Notes: generated by a model from the sequence alone, not told the origin. Positions 1 through 11,280 are shown, counted from the stretch's first letter. The stretch is DNA of 64,000 nucleotides from an uncultured delta proteobacterium (GCA_963796685.1 CAWCMR010000018.1:1-64000), one strand, 5' to 3'. A program made the numbers and translations.

Positions 1-700
1 CCATCGAAACGGTCAAGCGGATTCTGCTGGCCTCGGGAGCGGGCTGGGTCCTCTGGTTCCTTGGGGCGCTGTCGATGGCCAGCCTTGCGCTGGCCGTCGA
101 GCGCTGGCTGTATCTGCGCCGGCGCGGCGGGGATCTCGAAAGGGCTGGCGCGCGAGATCGACGAGCACTTGTCAAGCGGCGACTTCCCAGCGCGCGGCGC
201 GTGCTCGAAGCCAGCCCCTCGGTGGCGGCTCGCGTGGCGGACGCGGGCTGCGTCTCGCCGAGCGGGGCACCGAGGCCGTCAAGAAAGCCATGCAAAGCGC
301 GGCCGCTCTCGAGCGCGGCAGGCTCGAACGTTGGCTCGCCTTCCTGGCCACGGTGGGTAACAACGCGCCCTTCGTGGGGCTCTTCGGCACCGTGATCGGC
401 GTCATCCACGCCTTCGAGGAGCTCGGCCACTTCACGCCCAGCCACGCCGCCGCTGCCGGCCAGGTGGCATCCCAGGCGGTCATGTCGAGCATCGCCGAGG
501 CCCTGGTGGCGACCGCGGTTGGCATCTTGGTCGCCTTGCCCGCGGTGGCGGCCTACAACTACTTGCAGCGGCGGGTAACTGCTGCTCTCCGGGACGGAGG
601 TGCTCACCAACCTGGTGCTCGCGTACCTCACGGACGATGCGCGTGGCCCGCACAAGGCGCCTCGTTTGCGCGAGGTGAAGGACGTGAAGGAGGCGAAGGA
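1..700 (+). CDS. exbB: MotA/TolQ/ExbB proton channel protein (5' partial, several frameshifts)
   Basis: Pieces in different frames join up: WVLWFLGALSMASLALAVERW...LAFLATVGNNAPFVGLFGTVIGVIHAF...IAEALVATAVGILVALPAVAAYN; directly upstream of exbD. End approximate. Confidence 0.85.
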
Positions 701-1122
701 TGGCAGCACCTAGCGGACAGTCTGCGAATGGAATCATCTCCGGCATCAACGTCACCCCGCTGGTGGACGTGATGCTGGTGCTGCTGGTGATCTTCATCGT
801 GACCGCGAAGATCATCGTGACCCCGGCAGTGCCGCTCGATCTGCCGCACGCGGCCCACGGCGAAGAGGTTCAGGTCATCCTATCGGTGATCGTGCCGGTA
901 CGCGGGCCAATGTTGGTCAATGGTGCCGCCCTACCGAATGACGAAGCGCTGGTGGACAAGGCGCGCGCGGCGTTGGCCGGCGATCGCGATCTGCGCGCGG
1001 TCATCCAGGCCGATGGCGACGTGCCCCACCGGCGCGTGATTCACGTGCTCGATCTGCTCAAGGGCGCCGGCCTGACCCGGGTGGCATTCGGAGCCCTTCC
1101 GGACGAGCCGCAGAAGCAGTGA
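700..1122 (+). CDS. exbD: ExbD/TolR biopolymer transport protein
   Basis: INVTPLVDVMLVLLVIFIVT and VIQADGDVPHRRVIHVLD motifs. Confidence 0.93.
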   Translation: MAAPSGQSANGIISGINVTPLVDVMLVLLVIFIVTAKIIVTPAVPLDLPHAAHGEEVQVILSVIVPVRGPMLVNGAALPNDEALVDKARAALAGDRDLRAVIQADGDVPHRRVIHVLDLLKGAGLTRVAFGALPDEPQKQ

Positions 1123-1132
1123 GGCATCTTTC

Positions 1133-1952
1133 ATGCGCTATCTTTGCTGACCAAGCTCGTGGACCGTTCACCGCGCATCGTCGATTTGGTTTTCCTCGCC
1201 GAGCCTGCCGGCCGATGGAGGCGTCTGGCCCTGGGTGGCGTGGTTGTGCTGGGGCTCTATGGTGGCGCCTTCGCGCTGGTGAGCAGCCTGGGCGACTCCC
1301 TCGCGCCGTGGAGCGTGGAGATGGCCGCGCGCATTCACGAGGCTATCGCGATGGAGCGTGCGGTCGAGGTGAAGAGCCACCGCCACCCGCGCCGCCGCCA
1401 CCCGCGCCCGCGCCGGAGACGCCGCACATCGTGGTCTCGCGATCCGCGCGAGTGCCGCACGCGCAGCCAGCTCGTGCGACGCCGCCCGCGCAGGCGGGAC
1501 AGATCGTGGCCGCGGCGCCGACGCCAGTCGATTTCACGGGCATGGCATTCATCGTCGGCTCGGGCACTTCCTACGCAGGCGGTACAACGACCAGCAGCGG
1601 AACCAGCCGAAAGGCGGCGCTGGGTCCCGTGGCCCCCGCCGTACCCAAGAGGGCACCTGTCGGGGTACGCAGCAAAGCCCGTCCGGTCACGCTGGACCAA
1701 TCCGCCTGGAACTGCCCCTGGCCGGCCGAAGCCGATGCCGAGCAGATCAACGAGCAGACCGTGGTGCTGAAGGCCAGGGTGGGGTCCGATGGCCGCGCCG
1801 GGCATGTGGACGTGCTGAGCGACCCCGGATTCGGATTCGGCTCGGCCGCCCGCCTGTGTACCCTGCGCACGCGCTTCGAGCCGGCACTCGATCCCGAAGG
1901 CCAACCTATCGCCGCCGAGTCGCCTCCCATCCGGGTACACTTCTATCGGTGA
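1133..1952 (+). CDS. TonB-family energy transducer (frameshifted)
   Basis: N-terminal TM segment (ORF 1144), Pro-rich linker and TonB_C-like end (CPWPAEAD..DPGFGFGSAARLC..RFEPALDPEG) in ORF 1119; follows exbBD. Confidence 0.78.
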
Positions 1953-2258
1953 TGGCTGGCATGCGCTTGCTCCGTTGGTTTCTTCTGGGCCTCCTCGTCG
2001 TCGGATTCGCGGGTTGCAGCCGACACCCGGCGAGCCCGGACGAGTGCGCGGCCATTCTCCACCGACTCATCGAATCTCGAGCTCAGCGAGTCCGGCTACC
2101 ACGACCCGGTCCTGCGTGTGCGCTGGCAACAGGACCTCGCCCGTCGCTTTGTACCCGATCTGGATCGCTGTCGGGGCCGTGACGTGCGCTCTTCCCTGCG
2201 GGCTTGCCTGGCCACGGCCCGGAATTCGGAGGAGATAGCCCACCGGTGTCTCGATTAA
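1952..2258 (+). CDS. small Cys-containing lipoprotein (one frameshift)
   Basis: Lipobox FAGC; frame switch near 2075 continues ELSESGYHDPVLRVRW...RACLATARNSEEIAHRCLD*. Confidence 0.55.
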
Positions 2259-2324
2259 TTGCAAATGAGTATCCAGAAACTCCAATCGCTTGGCTTCATC
2301 CACTCTGCTATCCCTTTGCTCGTC

Positions 2325-4439
2325 ATGACCATGCGACCTTTCTTGCGCAGAGATCTTCTCGGGCTGGTTTTCGCGGTTTGTGGGTGTCGGGCGACCCCCG
2401 CGGTGGGTCCGTCGCACCAACCCCACCCGGTGCCTTCCGCGCTCGCGGCCATTGCTGCGCCGGCCGTCGGGGATCCGGCCGCGCTCGGATTGGATCCGGC
2501 TGCAATCGACCACTCGGTCTCACCCTGCCAGGACTTCTACCAATACGCATGCGGCACCTGGCTCGCGCGCACCCCGATTCCGCCCGATCGCCCGGCGTGG
2601 TCCCGATCCTTCTCCGCAATCCACGAACGCAACCAGAACATCCTGCACGGCATCCTCGAGGCCTACGCCGCCGGGCAGGTCAACCCGGGCGAGCCCGACG
2701 CGCATCGGGTGGGCGACTTCTACGCCTCCTGCATGGACGAGCCGGCGGTGGCCGAGGCCGGACGGAAAGCCTTGTCCGACTGGCTGGCCCGCATCGCGGC
2801 GGTCTCCAACCTCGACCAATTGGCCGTGCTCGTGCGCTGGATGCAGGACCGCGCCTTCGGTGTGTTCTTCACCTTCGGCCCGGATCAGGACTTTCGCGAC
2901 GCCACGCAGATGATAGGCGAAGCCGACCAGGGCGGGCTGGGACTGCCCGATCGCGAATACTACCTGAAGCAGGATCCGGAATCGCGCAAGCTGCGCCAGG
3001 CCTACCGCGGCCACATCGTGCGCATGCTCGTCCTCGCTGGCGAGACCACGACCGCTGCCGCCGCGGACGCCGACGTCGTGCTGCAGCTCGAAACCCAGCT
3101 CGCGCAAGCCTCGATGTCGCTGGTCGACCGGCGGGATCCGGAGAACGTGTACCACCGGATCGATCGCGCCGGCCTCGAGGCGGCCGCGCCGCATTTTTCG
3201 TGGCGGGGTTACTTCGTCGGCAATATGTCCGAGGTCCGAGCCATCAACGTGGCGGTCCCCGGTTTCTTCGTCGGGCTCAATCGCCTGCTCGAAGCCACAC
3301 CTCTTGCCGAGCTTCGTGCCTATTTGCGCTGGCACGCGGTTTCCGACCACGCCATGGCCCTGGGACCGCGCTTCGTCGACGAGGCCTTCGCGTTTGACAG
3401 CCACAATCTGACCGGGGCCAAGGTCCTGCTGCCACGCTGGAAACGTTGTGCGGACGCCACCGATGCGGCCCTCGGCGAGGCGCTGGCTCAGCCCTTCGTG
3501 AAGAAGGTGTTTTCCGCCGATTCCAAGCAGCGTGCCCTGTCCATGGTGCACGACATCGAGGCCGCCTTCGCGAGGGAGCTCGAGCAAATCGCGTGGATGG
3601 ACGCGCCCACGCGGGCCGCGGCTTTGGACAAGCTGCACGCGGTGTACGACAAGATCGGCTATCCCGACAAGTGGCGACGCTACGATCGCGTTCCTATCGA
3701 CCGGCACAACTACATCGACAACGTGCTCGCCGCGGATGCGTTCGAAAGCGAGCGCCAGGACGCGAAGATCGGCAAGCCGGTCGACCGCCAGGAATGGGCC
3801 ATGACGCCCGTGACCGTCAACGCCTACTACAATTCTCAACTCAATGAGATGGTCTTTCCGGCGGGCATTCTGCAAACCCCGTTCTTCGCCCCGCGCGCGC
3901 CCGACGCCGCCAATTACGGCGCCATCGGCATGGTGATGGGGCACGAGCTGACCCACGGGTTCGACGATGAGGGGCGCAAGTTCGACAAGAGCGGCAACCT
4001 GCGCGCGTGGTGGACCCCGCAAGTGGAACGCGCGTACGAAGAGAGAACCGCGTGCGTGGTCAGGCAATACGCCGGCTATCACGCCTACGACGAGGTCCCG
4101 ATCAACGGCAAGCTCACGCTCGGTGAGAACATCGCGGACCTCGGCGGCGTCAAGCTTTCCCTGCAGGCGCTGCTCCATCGGACGCAAGCGAATCCGGTCG
4201 CAGGGGCGGGGACCAAGGGCGATACCACGGAAGAGCAGCGCTTCTTCCTCGCTCTCGCCCAATCCTGGTGTACCAATCGGCGGCCCGAGCTCGAGCGCAG
4301 CCTGGCCACCGTCGATCCCCATTCCCCGCCGCGTTTCCGGGTCAACGGCACGCTCAGCGACCTGCCCGCCTTTGCCTCGGCCTTTGCCTGCCCGGCCGAC
4401 TCGGCGATGGTGCGGCGCAATCGTTGCAGTGTGTGGTAG
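2325..4439 (+). CDS. pepO: M13 family (neprilysin/PepO-like) zinc metallopeptidase, probable lipoprotein
   Basis: SPCQDFYQYACG, VNAYY, HELTH zinc motif, GENIAD, DPHSP. Confidence 0.95.
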   Translation: MTMRPFLRRDLLGLVFAVCGCRATPAVGPSHQPHPVPSALAAIAAPAVGDPAALGLDPAAIDHSVSPCQDFYQYACGTWLARTPIPPDRPAWSRSFSAIHERNQNILHGILEAYAAGQVNPGEPDAHRVGDFYASCMDEPAVAEAGRKALSDWLARIAAVSNLDQLAVLVRWMQDRAFGVFFTFGPDQDFRDATQMIGEADQGGLGLPDREYYLKQDPESRKLRQAYRGHIVRMLVLAGETTTAAAADADVVLQLETQLAQASMSLVDRRDPENVYHRIDRAGLEAAAPHFSWRGYFVGNMSEVRAINVAVPGFFVGLNRLLEATPLAELRAYLRWHAVSDHAMALGPRFVDEAFAFDSHNLTGAKVLLPRWKRCADATDAALGEALAQPFVKKVFSADSKQRALSMVHDIEAAFARELEQIAWMDAPTRAAALDKLHAVYDKIGYPDKWRRYDRVPIDRHNYIDNVLAADAFESERQDAKIGKPVDRQEWAMTPVTVNAYYNSQLNEMVFPAGILQTPFFAPRAPDAANYGAIGMVMGHELTHGFDDEGRKFDKSGNLRAWWTPQVERAYEERTACVVRQYAGYHAYDEVPINGKLTLGENIADLGGVKLSLQALLHRTQANPVAGAGTKGDTTEEQRFFLALAQSWCTNRRPELERSLATVDPHSPPRFRVNGTLSDLPAFASAFACPADSAMVRRNRCSVW

Positions 4440-4583
4440 CACGCTCGGGAGTTGACGCGGGCATGTGCCGGCACCCGCACCGAAGCAGAGACTCCCCCGC
4501 GCTGCATGGCATGCTTGGCGTGCCATGCAGAAGAACGGAGGTTCGATGTACATGATCGCGGTTCATCGCTCGCGGGGCGCGCC

Positions 4584-5312
4584 ATGAGGGTTCCCTGGCT
4601 CGCCATTGCGTTGGCAGTGCTGATCGACGGGTGCGCAGGTTTGACGGGCGCGCTCTTGCCCGAAGCGTGGCTGGCCAGTCGGCGTCAAGCCCTGGTCGGT
4701 TTCGCCACCGGCGTGATCCTCGGCGTGGCCTTCCTGGATATCTTGCCCGAGGCTCTGATCAAGGGCGACGCGAAGACGATCCTGGGCATCGCCCTCGCCA
4801 GCTTCAGCGCCACCGCGGCCTTGGAGTGGTGGCTCGGACATCGCCGCAGCCGCCACGACTCGCACACCATCTTGCCGACCATGCTGCTCGGCTCCGACGG
4901 GCTTCACAATGCCGGCGACGGTGCTGCCATCGCGGCGGCGTTCCTCGCCTCGCCCCGCCTCGGCGTGACGACCGCGCTCGCGGTGATCGTGCACGAAGTC
5001 CCGCAAGAGGTCGGCGACTACGCGATCTTGAGAAGCGCAGGGGTGAGCCGTGGGCGAGCCGTCGTCGCTCTGTCGCTGGTGCAGCTGACCGCGGGCCTGG
5101 GCGCGCTGGCCGCGATCCTGGCGGCCAGCGCCTGGACCTCCGCCACCCGAGGCGTGCTCGGCATCGCCGCGGGAACCTTCGTGTACATCGGTGGGTCCGA
5201 CCTGCTTCCCGAGCTGCTGCACGAATCCCACGACGGTCGGGCCGGCTGGCAGGCGATAGCAGGGTTCTCGGCCGGGCTTGTCGTGGCGGTGGCAAGCTCG
5301 GCGCTCGGCTAG
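4584..5312 (+). CDS. ZIP family metal transporter
   Basis: LGSDGLHNAGDG and HEVPQEVGD motifs, multiple TM helices. Confidence 0.9.
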   Translation: MRVPWLAIALAVLIDGCAGLTGALLPEAWLASRRQALVGFATGVILGVAFLDILPEALIKGDAKTILGIALASFSATAALEWWLGHRRSRHDSHTILPTMLLGSDGLHNAGDGAAIAAAFLASPRLGVTTALAVIVHEVPQEVGDYAILRSAGVSRGRAVVALSLVQLTAGLGALAAILAASAWTSATRGVLGIAAGTFVYIGGSDLLPELLHESHDGRAGWQAIAGFSAGLVVAVASSALG

Positions 5313-5339
5313 TCGACCACGAGGGTGCGCGGAGCTTCC

Positions 5340-5880
5340 GCTAGCGCCACCGATGTCTCGAGTGTCGACGCCGTGCTCTTCGCGCATTTCTTCCTCGATG
5401 AACGCGATGGCGGCCTTGAATGCCTCGGCCGAGGCACCATCGGTGTTGCGCGTCTCGAGGGAGGCCTTGACCACCTTCTGCAGCGAGCCCGGGGTTCTTC
5501 CCAGCCCATCCAGGATGGTTCGCCCTTTGCGCGTGATGACCGAGTTGTCGATGCCGAACGGACAGAACTGGGCGCAGCGACGGCAGGTGGTGCACGAGTA
5601 GAGAAGATCTCGCCACTCCTCGAACCTGGCTGGGTCGAGTCCCTCGCGCCCACCAGCCTACCGAAGAGCTTGCCCGTCACGGTGCTGTGTCGCCGGTAGA
5701 GGCCTCTGATGAGGTCGGAGCGATTGGCCGGGTTGTATTTCGGATCGCGTTTCCCCTGGTAGACGGGACAAACCTCGGCGCAGGTACCGCACTTCGCGCA
5801 ATGTCCATGTACAGACGGAGCGCGCGCGGACCACCCTTGATGGCCTTGACAGCAGTGACGACCGTTTCCTGGTCGCTCAT
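5340..5880 (-). pseudogene. DsrK/HmcF/HdrD-like Fe-S protein, N-terminal part only
   Basis: Reads across frameshifts: LYMDI.AKCGTCAEVCP ... YSCTTCRRCAQFCPFGIDNSVITRKGR ... EEEMREEHGVD; no CCG domains before the convergent ZIP gene. Confidence 0.75.
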
Positions 5881-6584
5881 GGCTGACTCCTCTTGATGAG
5901 AGAGAACGTAAAGAAGAACCCGCCGAAGTGCATGAGCTTCGAGAACGCCATGTAGAGAATCAGAAGCTCTGCCAAGAATTGGCACGAGAAACGTCGGGTA
6001 GGGGGGCACGGCCGGTGACAGGGTGAATAGGGAAGCGGCCCAGGTTCGGGTCACGGCGAGGCCGACATGCATGGTGCCAAACCGCATCAGGTTACCGGTG
6101 GTGATGACCGCAACCAACAGCAACAGCGCCAGAAAGTCGGGCACCGCGGAAATCTCACGAACCCGCCCCACGAGCACTCGACGCGCGAGCAAGGTCACCA
6201 CGGCCGCCAGCAGCACGATGCCCGCGGTGCCGCCGGCGATGGTGGAGAGTCCTGCGATGCTTCCGCGACCCAGGCCCATACCGCCCATCGCTCGATCGAG
6301 CACACCCGTCAGGACTCGCAGGTGGCCGACGAAGGCGGTCGCCAAGGTCACGTGGAAAGACCAAGCCAGAAGCCACATGGTCTTGTCCCCCCGAAAAAGG
6401 CTCGGGAAGAACAGCGCCTCCTTGGCGAGTCCTTGAAGCCCGCGCCCTTCGTCGGATAGAGCGTGATCAGGCCCGGCTGAGGCACGCGCTTCCACCCCAC
6501 GAGGCGGATCACGACGCCAATCAGGAACACAACGATGGCCATGTACGGTAGGACGCCACCTACCATGAATGCAGCGTTGCTCAT
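5877..6584 (-). CDS. DsrM/NarI-like membrane b-type cytochrome (frameshifted)
   Basis: LPYMAIVVFLIGVVIRLVGW, EALFFPSLFR, FH..GHLR and FSKLMH haem-ligand segments; RBS AAGGAGG; stop overlaps the dsrK-like ATG. Confidence 0.82.
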
Positions 6585-6652
6585 GTCCATGACCTCCTTG
6601 TTCAGGGTCTTAGCCACACCTTCCGCGGCGACTCCCTCGCCCGTACCGAATC

Positions 6653-6668
6653 AGCAATAACCGTGCCG
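6653..6668 (-). promoter_or_regulatory. sigma54 -24/-12 promoter upstream of the dsrM-like gene
   Basis: CGGCACGGTTATTGCT on the minus strand (GG-N10-GC), about 70 bp before the start. Confidence 0.65.
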
Positions 6669-6863
6669 CGCTTTGCGTGGACGTGCCGATGCGAGCCGAT
6701 CAGGCCCAAGACCCCCCACAATTGGCGCGGATGGGTATCTCTGGTGTGCTTTGGGCCGGGATCCTGCTTCAGGCGGTCCATCATATTCAACGGACATGCC
6801 GTCATATATGCTGGGCCCTACCGAGCGGTCGATGTCGCCCGGACCTCCACGCCAGAGCAAGCC

Positions 6864-7925
6864 CTACTTCGCGCAACTGGTGGCGAGTGCGGGCGGCGTG
6901 GACAGCGGATAGGCCCGCGAGTGTGTGATCTCGATTCCCAGGTGGCAGCCTGCCTCCACGCCGCGCAACAAGCTTGATCGACGCGGAAACTGAGCGATGA
7001 TCGGCTGTCCGTTTTGCAGGGTCGCCTCGACGCGAACGCGGTCGCCAATAGGCAGCACCCGATCTGTGACCGCCAGGCCTTGGCTCTCCACCCGAAAGAG
7101 CTTGATGTCGTAGGGGCGGATCACCAGCCTCACCTGCGTTCCGTCTTGGTGGTGGACGGGCACCTCAAGCGCACCGATGGTCGCCTGTCCGTTACGAACG
7201 ACTGCATCGTAGACGTTGACGTCGCCGACGAAGCGGGCGACGAACTCCGTGGCGGGTTCATCGAGGATTTGGAGAGGTGTGCCTATCTGCTCGAGGCGGC
7301 CCTTGTTGATGATCACCACGCGATCCGCGACGCTGAACGCCTCCTCCTGATCGTGCGTGACGAATAGAGTGGTGGCGTGTAATTCATCGTGCAGGCGCCG
7401 GAGCCACCGGCGTAACTCCTCCCGCACCTTCGCGTCGACGGCCCCGAAAGGTTCGTCGAGCAGGAGCACGCGCGGCTGCGGCGCGAGAGCGCGCGCGAGC
7501 GCGACGCGCTGGCGCTGGCCACCCGAGAGTTGGTGCGGGAAGCGCCCCTCGAGGCCTTTGAGCCCCACGAGCCCCAGCAGAGCACCGACCCTCCGGCGTT
7601 GCGCGGGGCGGTCCACGCCCTGCACCTTGAGGCCGAATGCGACGTTCTCACCCACCGTCATGTGTTTGAACAGAGCGTAGTGCTGAAAGACGAACCCAAC
7701 CTGGCGAGAACGCGCGTGCAGGTGGTCGACGCGTTCTCCGCCAAGCTCGACCCTACCGCCGTCGGAGTCTTCCAGACCTGCGATGATGCGCAAGATGGTG
7801 CTCTTGCCGCCGCCCGAGGGGCCGAGCAGGGCGACGAGCTCGCCATCGGCGATCTCGAAGCTGACGTCGTCGACCGCGGCGAACTCGCCGAAGCGCTTGG
7901 CCAAATTTCGGATTCGTATTGCCAT
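6864..7925 (-). CDS. cysA: sulfate/thiosulfate ABC transporter ATP-binding protein
   Basis: [35 protein letters not shown]-terminal TOBE-like region. Confidence 0.93.
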   Translation of the reverse strand: MAIRIRNLAKRFGEFAAVDDVSFEIADGELVALLGPSGGGKSTILRIIAGLEDSDGGRVELGGERVDHLHARSRQVGFVFQHYALFKHMTVGENVAFGLKVQGVDRPAQRRRVGALLGLVGLKGLEGRFPHQLSGGQRQRVALARALAPQPRVLLLDEPFGAVDAKVREELRRWLRRLHDELHATTLFVTHDQEEAFSVADRVVIINKGRLEQIGTPLQILDEPATEFVARFVGDVNVYDAVVRNGQATIGALEVPVHHQDGTQVRLVIRPYDIKLFRVESQGLAVTDRVLPIGDRVRVEATLQNGQPIIAQFPRRSSLLRGVEAGCHLGIEITHSRAYPLSTPPALATSCAK

Positions 7926-7926
7926 A

Positions 7927-8727
7927 CTACCTTTCCTTGGGAGGTGCCTTGAGCCACTCGAGAAGTCCGAGCACGATCATGCTTGCCAACGCGAGCAGCA
8001 GCGCCATGCCGAAAGCGGCGCCCTCCTTGCGTTCCTCGGTTGCGGCATAGATGAAGATGGTCGCTGACTGTGTCCTGCCGGAAATGGCGCCGCCAAGGAT
8101 CAGCACCGCACCGAACTCACCCAAGGCGCGCGCCAGGCTCAACGTCGCTCCGCATGCCAATCCGTGCTTGATATTGGGCAGGGTGACATTCCAGAAGGTC
8201 TGCCAGGCAGATGCCCCTAGCGTCACGGCGGCCTCCTCGTCGCTCGTGCCGACCTCCTCCAGCACCCCCGCGACTTCGCGCAGGGTGAAGGGCAGCGTGA
8301 CGAAGAGCGTGGCGATGACCAGTCCTGGAAACGCGAACGTCACCTTCCATCCGAGGGCGGCCAGCGGCGCTTCCAGCCAGCCAGCGCGACCGAAGACCAG
8401 CAGGAACGCGAGCCCGGTCATGACCGGGGACACGGTGAGTGGCAGATCGATGAGGATGTCGAGCACCGTGCGCCCCCAGAAGCGCTGGCGGACAATCACG
8501 AGCGCGGCGACGATGCCGAACAGTCCATTGACGAGGACGGCAATCGCGGCGAGCACCGCCGTCAACATCATCGCGTGGACGGCATCGTGATGGCCCAGCT
8601 CGGCTAGCACGGTGCCAACTCCTGCGTCGATGACCCGAAGGACGATCGCAATGATCGGCACCAGGACCAGTGCACCTAGATAGCCAATGACGGCTATGAA
8701 AAGGAGGGCTTTCCAGGGAATGCGCAT
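7927..8727 (-). CDS. cysW: sulfate ABC transporter permease CysW
   Basis: [34 protein letters not shown]. Confidence 0.9.
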   Translation of the reverse strand: MRIPWKALLFIAVIGYLGALVLVPIIAIVLRVIDAGVGTVLAELGHHDAVHAMMLTAVLAAIAVLVNGLFGIVAALVIVRQRFWGRTVLDILIDLPLTVSPVMTGLAFLLVFGRAGWLEAPLAALGWKVTFAFPGLVIATLFVTLPFTLREVAGVLEEVGTSDEEAAVTLGASAWQTFWNVTLPNIKHGLACGATLSLARALGEFGAVLILGGAISGRTQSATIFIYAATEERKEGAAFGMALLLALASMIVLGLLEWLKAPPKER

Positions 8728-8749
8728 GTCGAATTTCTTCAAGGCCGTC

Positions 8750-9583
8750 CTAGACGCGCCGGTGACCGGCAAGGTAGCGCTCAAGACCCCGTACAGCCAG
8801 CAGAAGCACCGCGGCCAGCGCCAGTAACACCAGGGACACCGCAGCCGCGGTCTCGGGGGAACCGCTTTCGACTTCACCGAAGATGAATACCGGGATGGTC
8901 AACGTACGTGATGGGATGTTGCCCGAGACCACGACGATTGAGCCAAACTCCGCCAGGGCACGGGCGAAGCTTTGCAGCGTGCCGGTGGTGATCGCGGGCA
9001 GCAGCGGTGGAAGCAGGATCTGGAAGAAGATGCGCAGGTCGCTCGCACCCAGCGTCCGTGCTGCTTCCTCCTCGGACGGATCGAGCTCGCGCAGGACAGG
9101 TTCGACGGCGCGCACCACCATGGGCAGGTTGATGAACAGCAGCGCGAGGACGATTCCCGGCGTGGCAAAGACGATGTCGACGCCCCGTCCGGCGAGGAAG
9201 CCGCCCAGCTTGGACTGGGGCCCGAGCAAGACGACGATCATCATGCCCGCCACCAGCGTGGGAATGGCCAGGGGCAGATCCACCAGCGACGCGAGGAACC
9301 GCCGTCCCCGGAAGTCGTGGCGCACCAGCAGCCAAGCGGTAAAGGTGCCCATCACCGCGTTTACGACCGACATGAGCGTGGCGGTCCAGAGGGTAAGCGA
9401 AAAGGCCGCGCGCGCCGTGGGGGCCATCAGGGTGCGTGCGATTCCCGCCGGACCCATCGAGCCCCCCTTGACCACGAGCGCGGCCAAAGGCACAACGACG
9501 AGGATACCGACGTAGAGGGCCACGCTCGCGCGCAGGGCGATCCCTCCGGTCCCGTGGCGAACGGCACGACTGATACCGCTCAT
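8750..9583 (-). CDS. cysT: sulfate ABC transporter permease CysT
   Basis: DLPLAIPTLVAG, VVRAVEPVL, EEAARTLGA, FARALAEFGSIV. Confidence 0.9.
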   Translation of the reverse strand: MSGISRAVRHGTGGIALRASVALYVGILVVVPLAALVVKGGSMGPAGIARTLMAPTARAAFSLTLWTATLMSVVNAVMGTFTAWLLVRHDFRGRRFLASLVDLPLAIPTLVAGMMIVVLLGPQSKLGGFLAGRGVDIVFATPGIVLALLFINLPMVVRAVEPVLRELDPSEEEAARTLGASDLRIFFQILLPPLLPAITTGTLQSFARALAEFGSIVVVSGNIPSRTLTIPVFIFGEVESGSPETAAAVSLVLLALAAVLLLAVRGLERYLAGHRRV

Positions 9584-10659
9584 CTGTCCGCGCCTGCGAG
9601 AGCGGTTGCCTTCTCGTACACCCCCTCTGGACCGAAGACCGTTTTGTCGACGCCCACCCAGCCGCCGAGATCCTCGATGGTGAAAAGATCCGTCACGCCT
9701 GGGAATTGCTCGGCCAGCGCCCTTGCGATCTCGGGATCGACCGGCCGGTAGCCGAAGCCAGCGAACGCTTCCTGTGCCGCCTTGCTGACAAGATAGGCCA
9801 CGAAAGCCCGCGCAATGTCCGTGTTGCCGTGGCGGTCCGCGTACCCGTCGACCACCGCAACCGGATTCTCGATGAGGATGGTCGATGTCGGGACGACGTA
9901 GTCGTATGCCTTGCCGGATTTCTTGGCGACCAGGATCTCGTTCTCGTAGGTAATGATTGCGTCGCCGATCCCGTTCTCGAACGTCAGCATCGATTCGCGC
10001 GCACCCTTGTCCATGATCTGCACGTTCTTGATGATGCGACCGAGGAGCGCGACCGCCCCGGCGCTGTCCCCGGCCTTGACGCCGGCCTTGCCTCGCAAGG
10101 CAGCGCCCCAGATGGCTAGGATGTTCCACATGGCACCACCGCTCGTGCGAACATTGGGGGTAAGCACCTTGATCCCCGGCTTGGCCAGATCGGTCCATTG
10201 CTTGATAGCCTTCGGGTTTCCCGTCCGCACGCCGATGACAACGATCGAGCGCGAAACCATGCCCTTGGTGGTGGTCGCCCTCCAGTCGCTCGTGATGAGG
10301 CCCGCATCCGCAATCTTCTTGATGTCCGGATCGAGCGACAGCGCTGCGACGTCGGCCTCGAATCCACCGACGATAGCCCGCGCTTGCGCGCCCGAGCCCA
10401 GGTACGACTCCTCGAACTTCAGGACTTCGCCCTTCTCGGCTTGCCACTTCGCCTGAAAGGCGGGCAAGAGCGATTTTTCGTACACTTCGCGCGGGGTGGT
10501 GTAGGCACCCAGAGTCAGCGTGCGCGTGGGCCTCGCCACGACTGGTGTTGGCGCCCATCGCGGCAGATTGGCTGGAGTCTTGTGGCTCCGGCAGGCCACA
10601 ACGACGAAGGTTGTTGCAATCAGGATGGGCAGCACCCAAACGCGTGCGTGCGTCATCAT
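9580..10659 (-). CDS. sbp: sulfate-binding periplasmic lipoprotein
   Basis: SYLGSGAQARAIVGGFEADV, TPNVRTSGGA, YENE, TILIENPVAVVD; lipobox-like VVAC. Confidence 0.92.
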   Translation of the reverse strand: MMTHARVWVLPILIATTFVVVACRSHKTPANLPRWAPTPVVARPTRTLTLGAYTTPREVYEKSLLPAFQAKWQAEKGEVLKFEESYLGSGAQARAIVGGFEADVAALSLDPDIKKIADAGLITSDWRATTTKGMVSRSIVVIGVRTGNPKAIKQWTDLAKPGIKVLTPNVRTSGGAMWNILAIWGAALRGKAGVKAGDSAGAVALLGRIIKNVQIMDKGARESMLTFENGIGDAIITYENEILVAKKSGKAYDYVVPTSTILIENPVAVVDGYADRHGNTDIARAFVAYLVSKAAQEAFAGFGYRPVDPEIARALAEQFPGVTDLFTIEDLGGWVGVDKTVFGPEGVYEKATALAGADR

Positions 10660-10680
10660 GGACAGTCCTTTCGACAACGG

Positions 10681-10866
10681 TCATTCATCAAGAGGGAGCT
10701 CCGAGATATCGCTTTCAGGAAATTGGCGAGGCTCCCGGGTGGCAAGACCGAGGAGCAGTTGGAGGCATACGACGGGCGCCATGAGCAGCGCAGCGATAGC
10801 GCAGAGGCTTCCGAAGAGCGCAATGAGGATGCTCACGGCGCGGGTTCTCCCGGCTTCGATGACCAT
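10681..10866 (-). CDS. small membrane protein, first gene of the sulfate operon
   Basis: ATG at 10866 after AGGA, downstream of a sigma54 site; one long hydrophobic stretch then an acidic tail. Confidence 0.4.
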   Translation of the reverse strand: MVIEAGRTRAVSILIALFGSLCAIAALLMAPVVCLQLLLGLATREPRQFPESDISELPLDE

Positions 10867-10915
10867 TCCTGCAATCCGCTTGGAATCATGTGCATGTGCG
10901 GCCGTAGCACCGAGG

Positions 10916-10931
10916 TGCAAGGGGAGTGCCA
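10916..10931 (-). promoter_or_regulatory. sigma54 promoter of the sulfate ABC operon
   Basis: TGGCACTCCCCTTGCA on the minus strand, exact TGGCAC-N5-TTGCW consensus. Confidence 0.8.
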
Positions 10932-11280
10932 CGCCACCATGGTTTCCAGGATACTGGAATTACTACATATGCAACGAGACAAGAGGCTCGCCGGAAGCCT
11001 GTGCCCATCGTATGCGATGGGCGAGCCAGCAAATATGACGGTAGCCGGACACGGGCCCTGCCTTCGATCCTGTGTTCGGTTGGCACCAAGTGATGCGCGG
11101 GGGAAGCACGAGAGGCTCGCCATTCGCCTCGCCTAATGGGCTGCAGAATCCAGCAATTTCTTAGGCCATTATCGTTGAGCTGAGTGATCCGCGGTGAGTG
11201 ACCAGCGTCAGGAAGCACAAGCCGTGAACAGGCGATGCCATCGCCGCGTTCCTCGCAAGTGACGGCCCCCGAATCGTGAG

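Noticed and set aside
4503-4529. Apparent haem-binding CLACH in an upstream extension of the ZIP ORF
   Set aside because: It lies in the DNA palindrome TGCATGGCA-N9-TGCCATGCA upstream of the likely ATG at 4584, so it is probably a by-product of the hairpin.
2520-4553. Long antisense or shadow ORFs (also 17183-18976, 31459-32979, 37604-39256, 44072-45919)
   Set aside because: These are expected artefacts of high GC3 opposite well-supported genes.
8750-10684. 644-aa ORF suggesting an sbp-cysT fusion (likewise 43743-45605 and 45929-47602 extensions)
   Set aside because: The N-terminal parts are out-of-frame read-through over neighbouring genes; the real starts are 9583, 44072 and 46472.
10867-10932. 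83-aa version of the small ORF ahead of sbp
   Set aside because: Its proposed start overlaps the perfect sigma54 promoter, so the ATG at 10866 is preferred.
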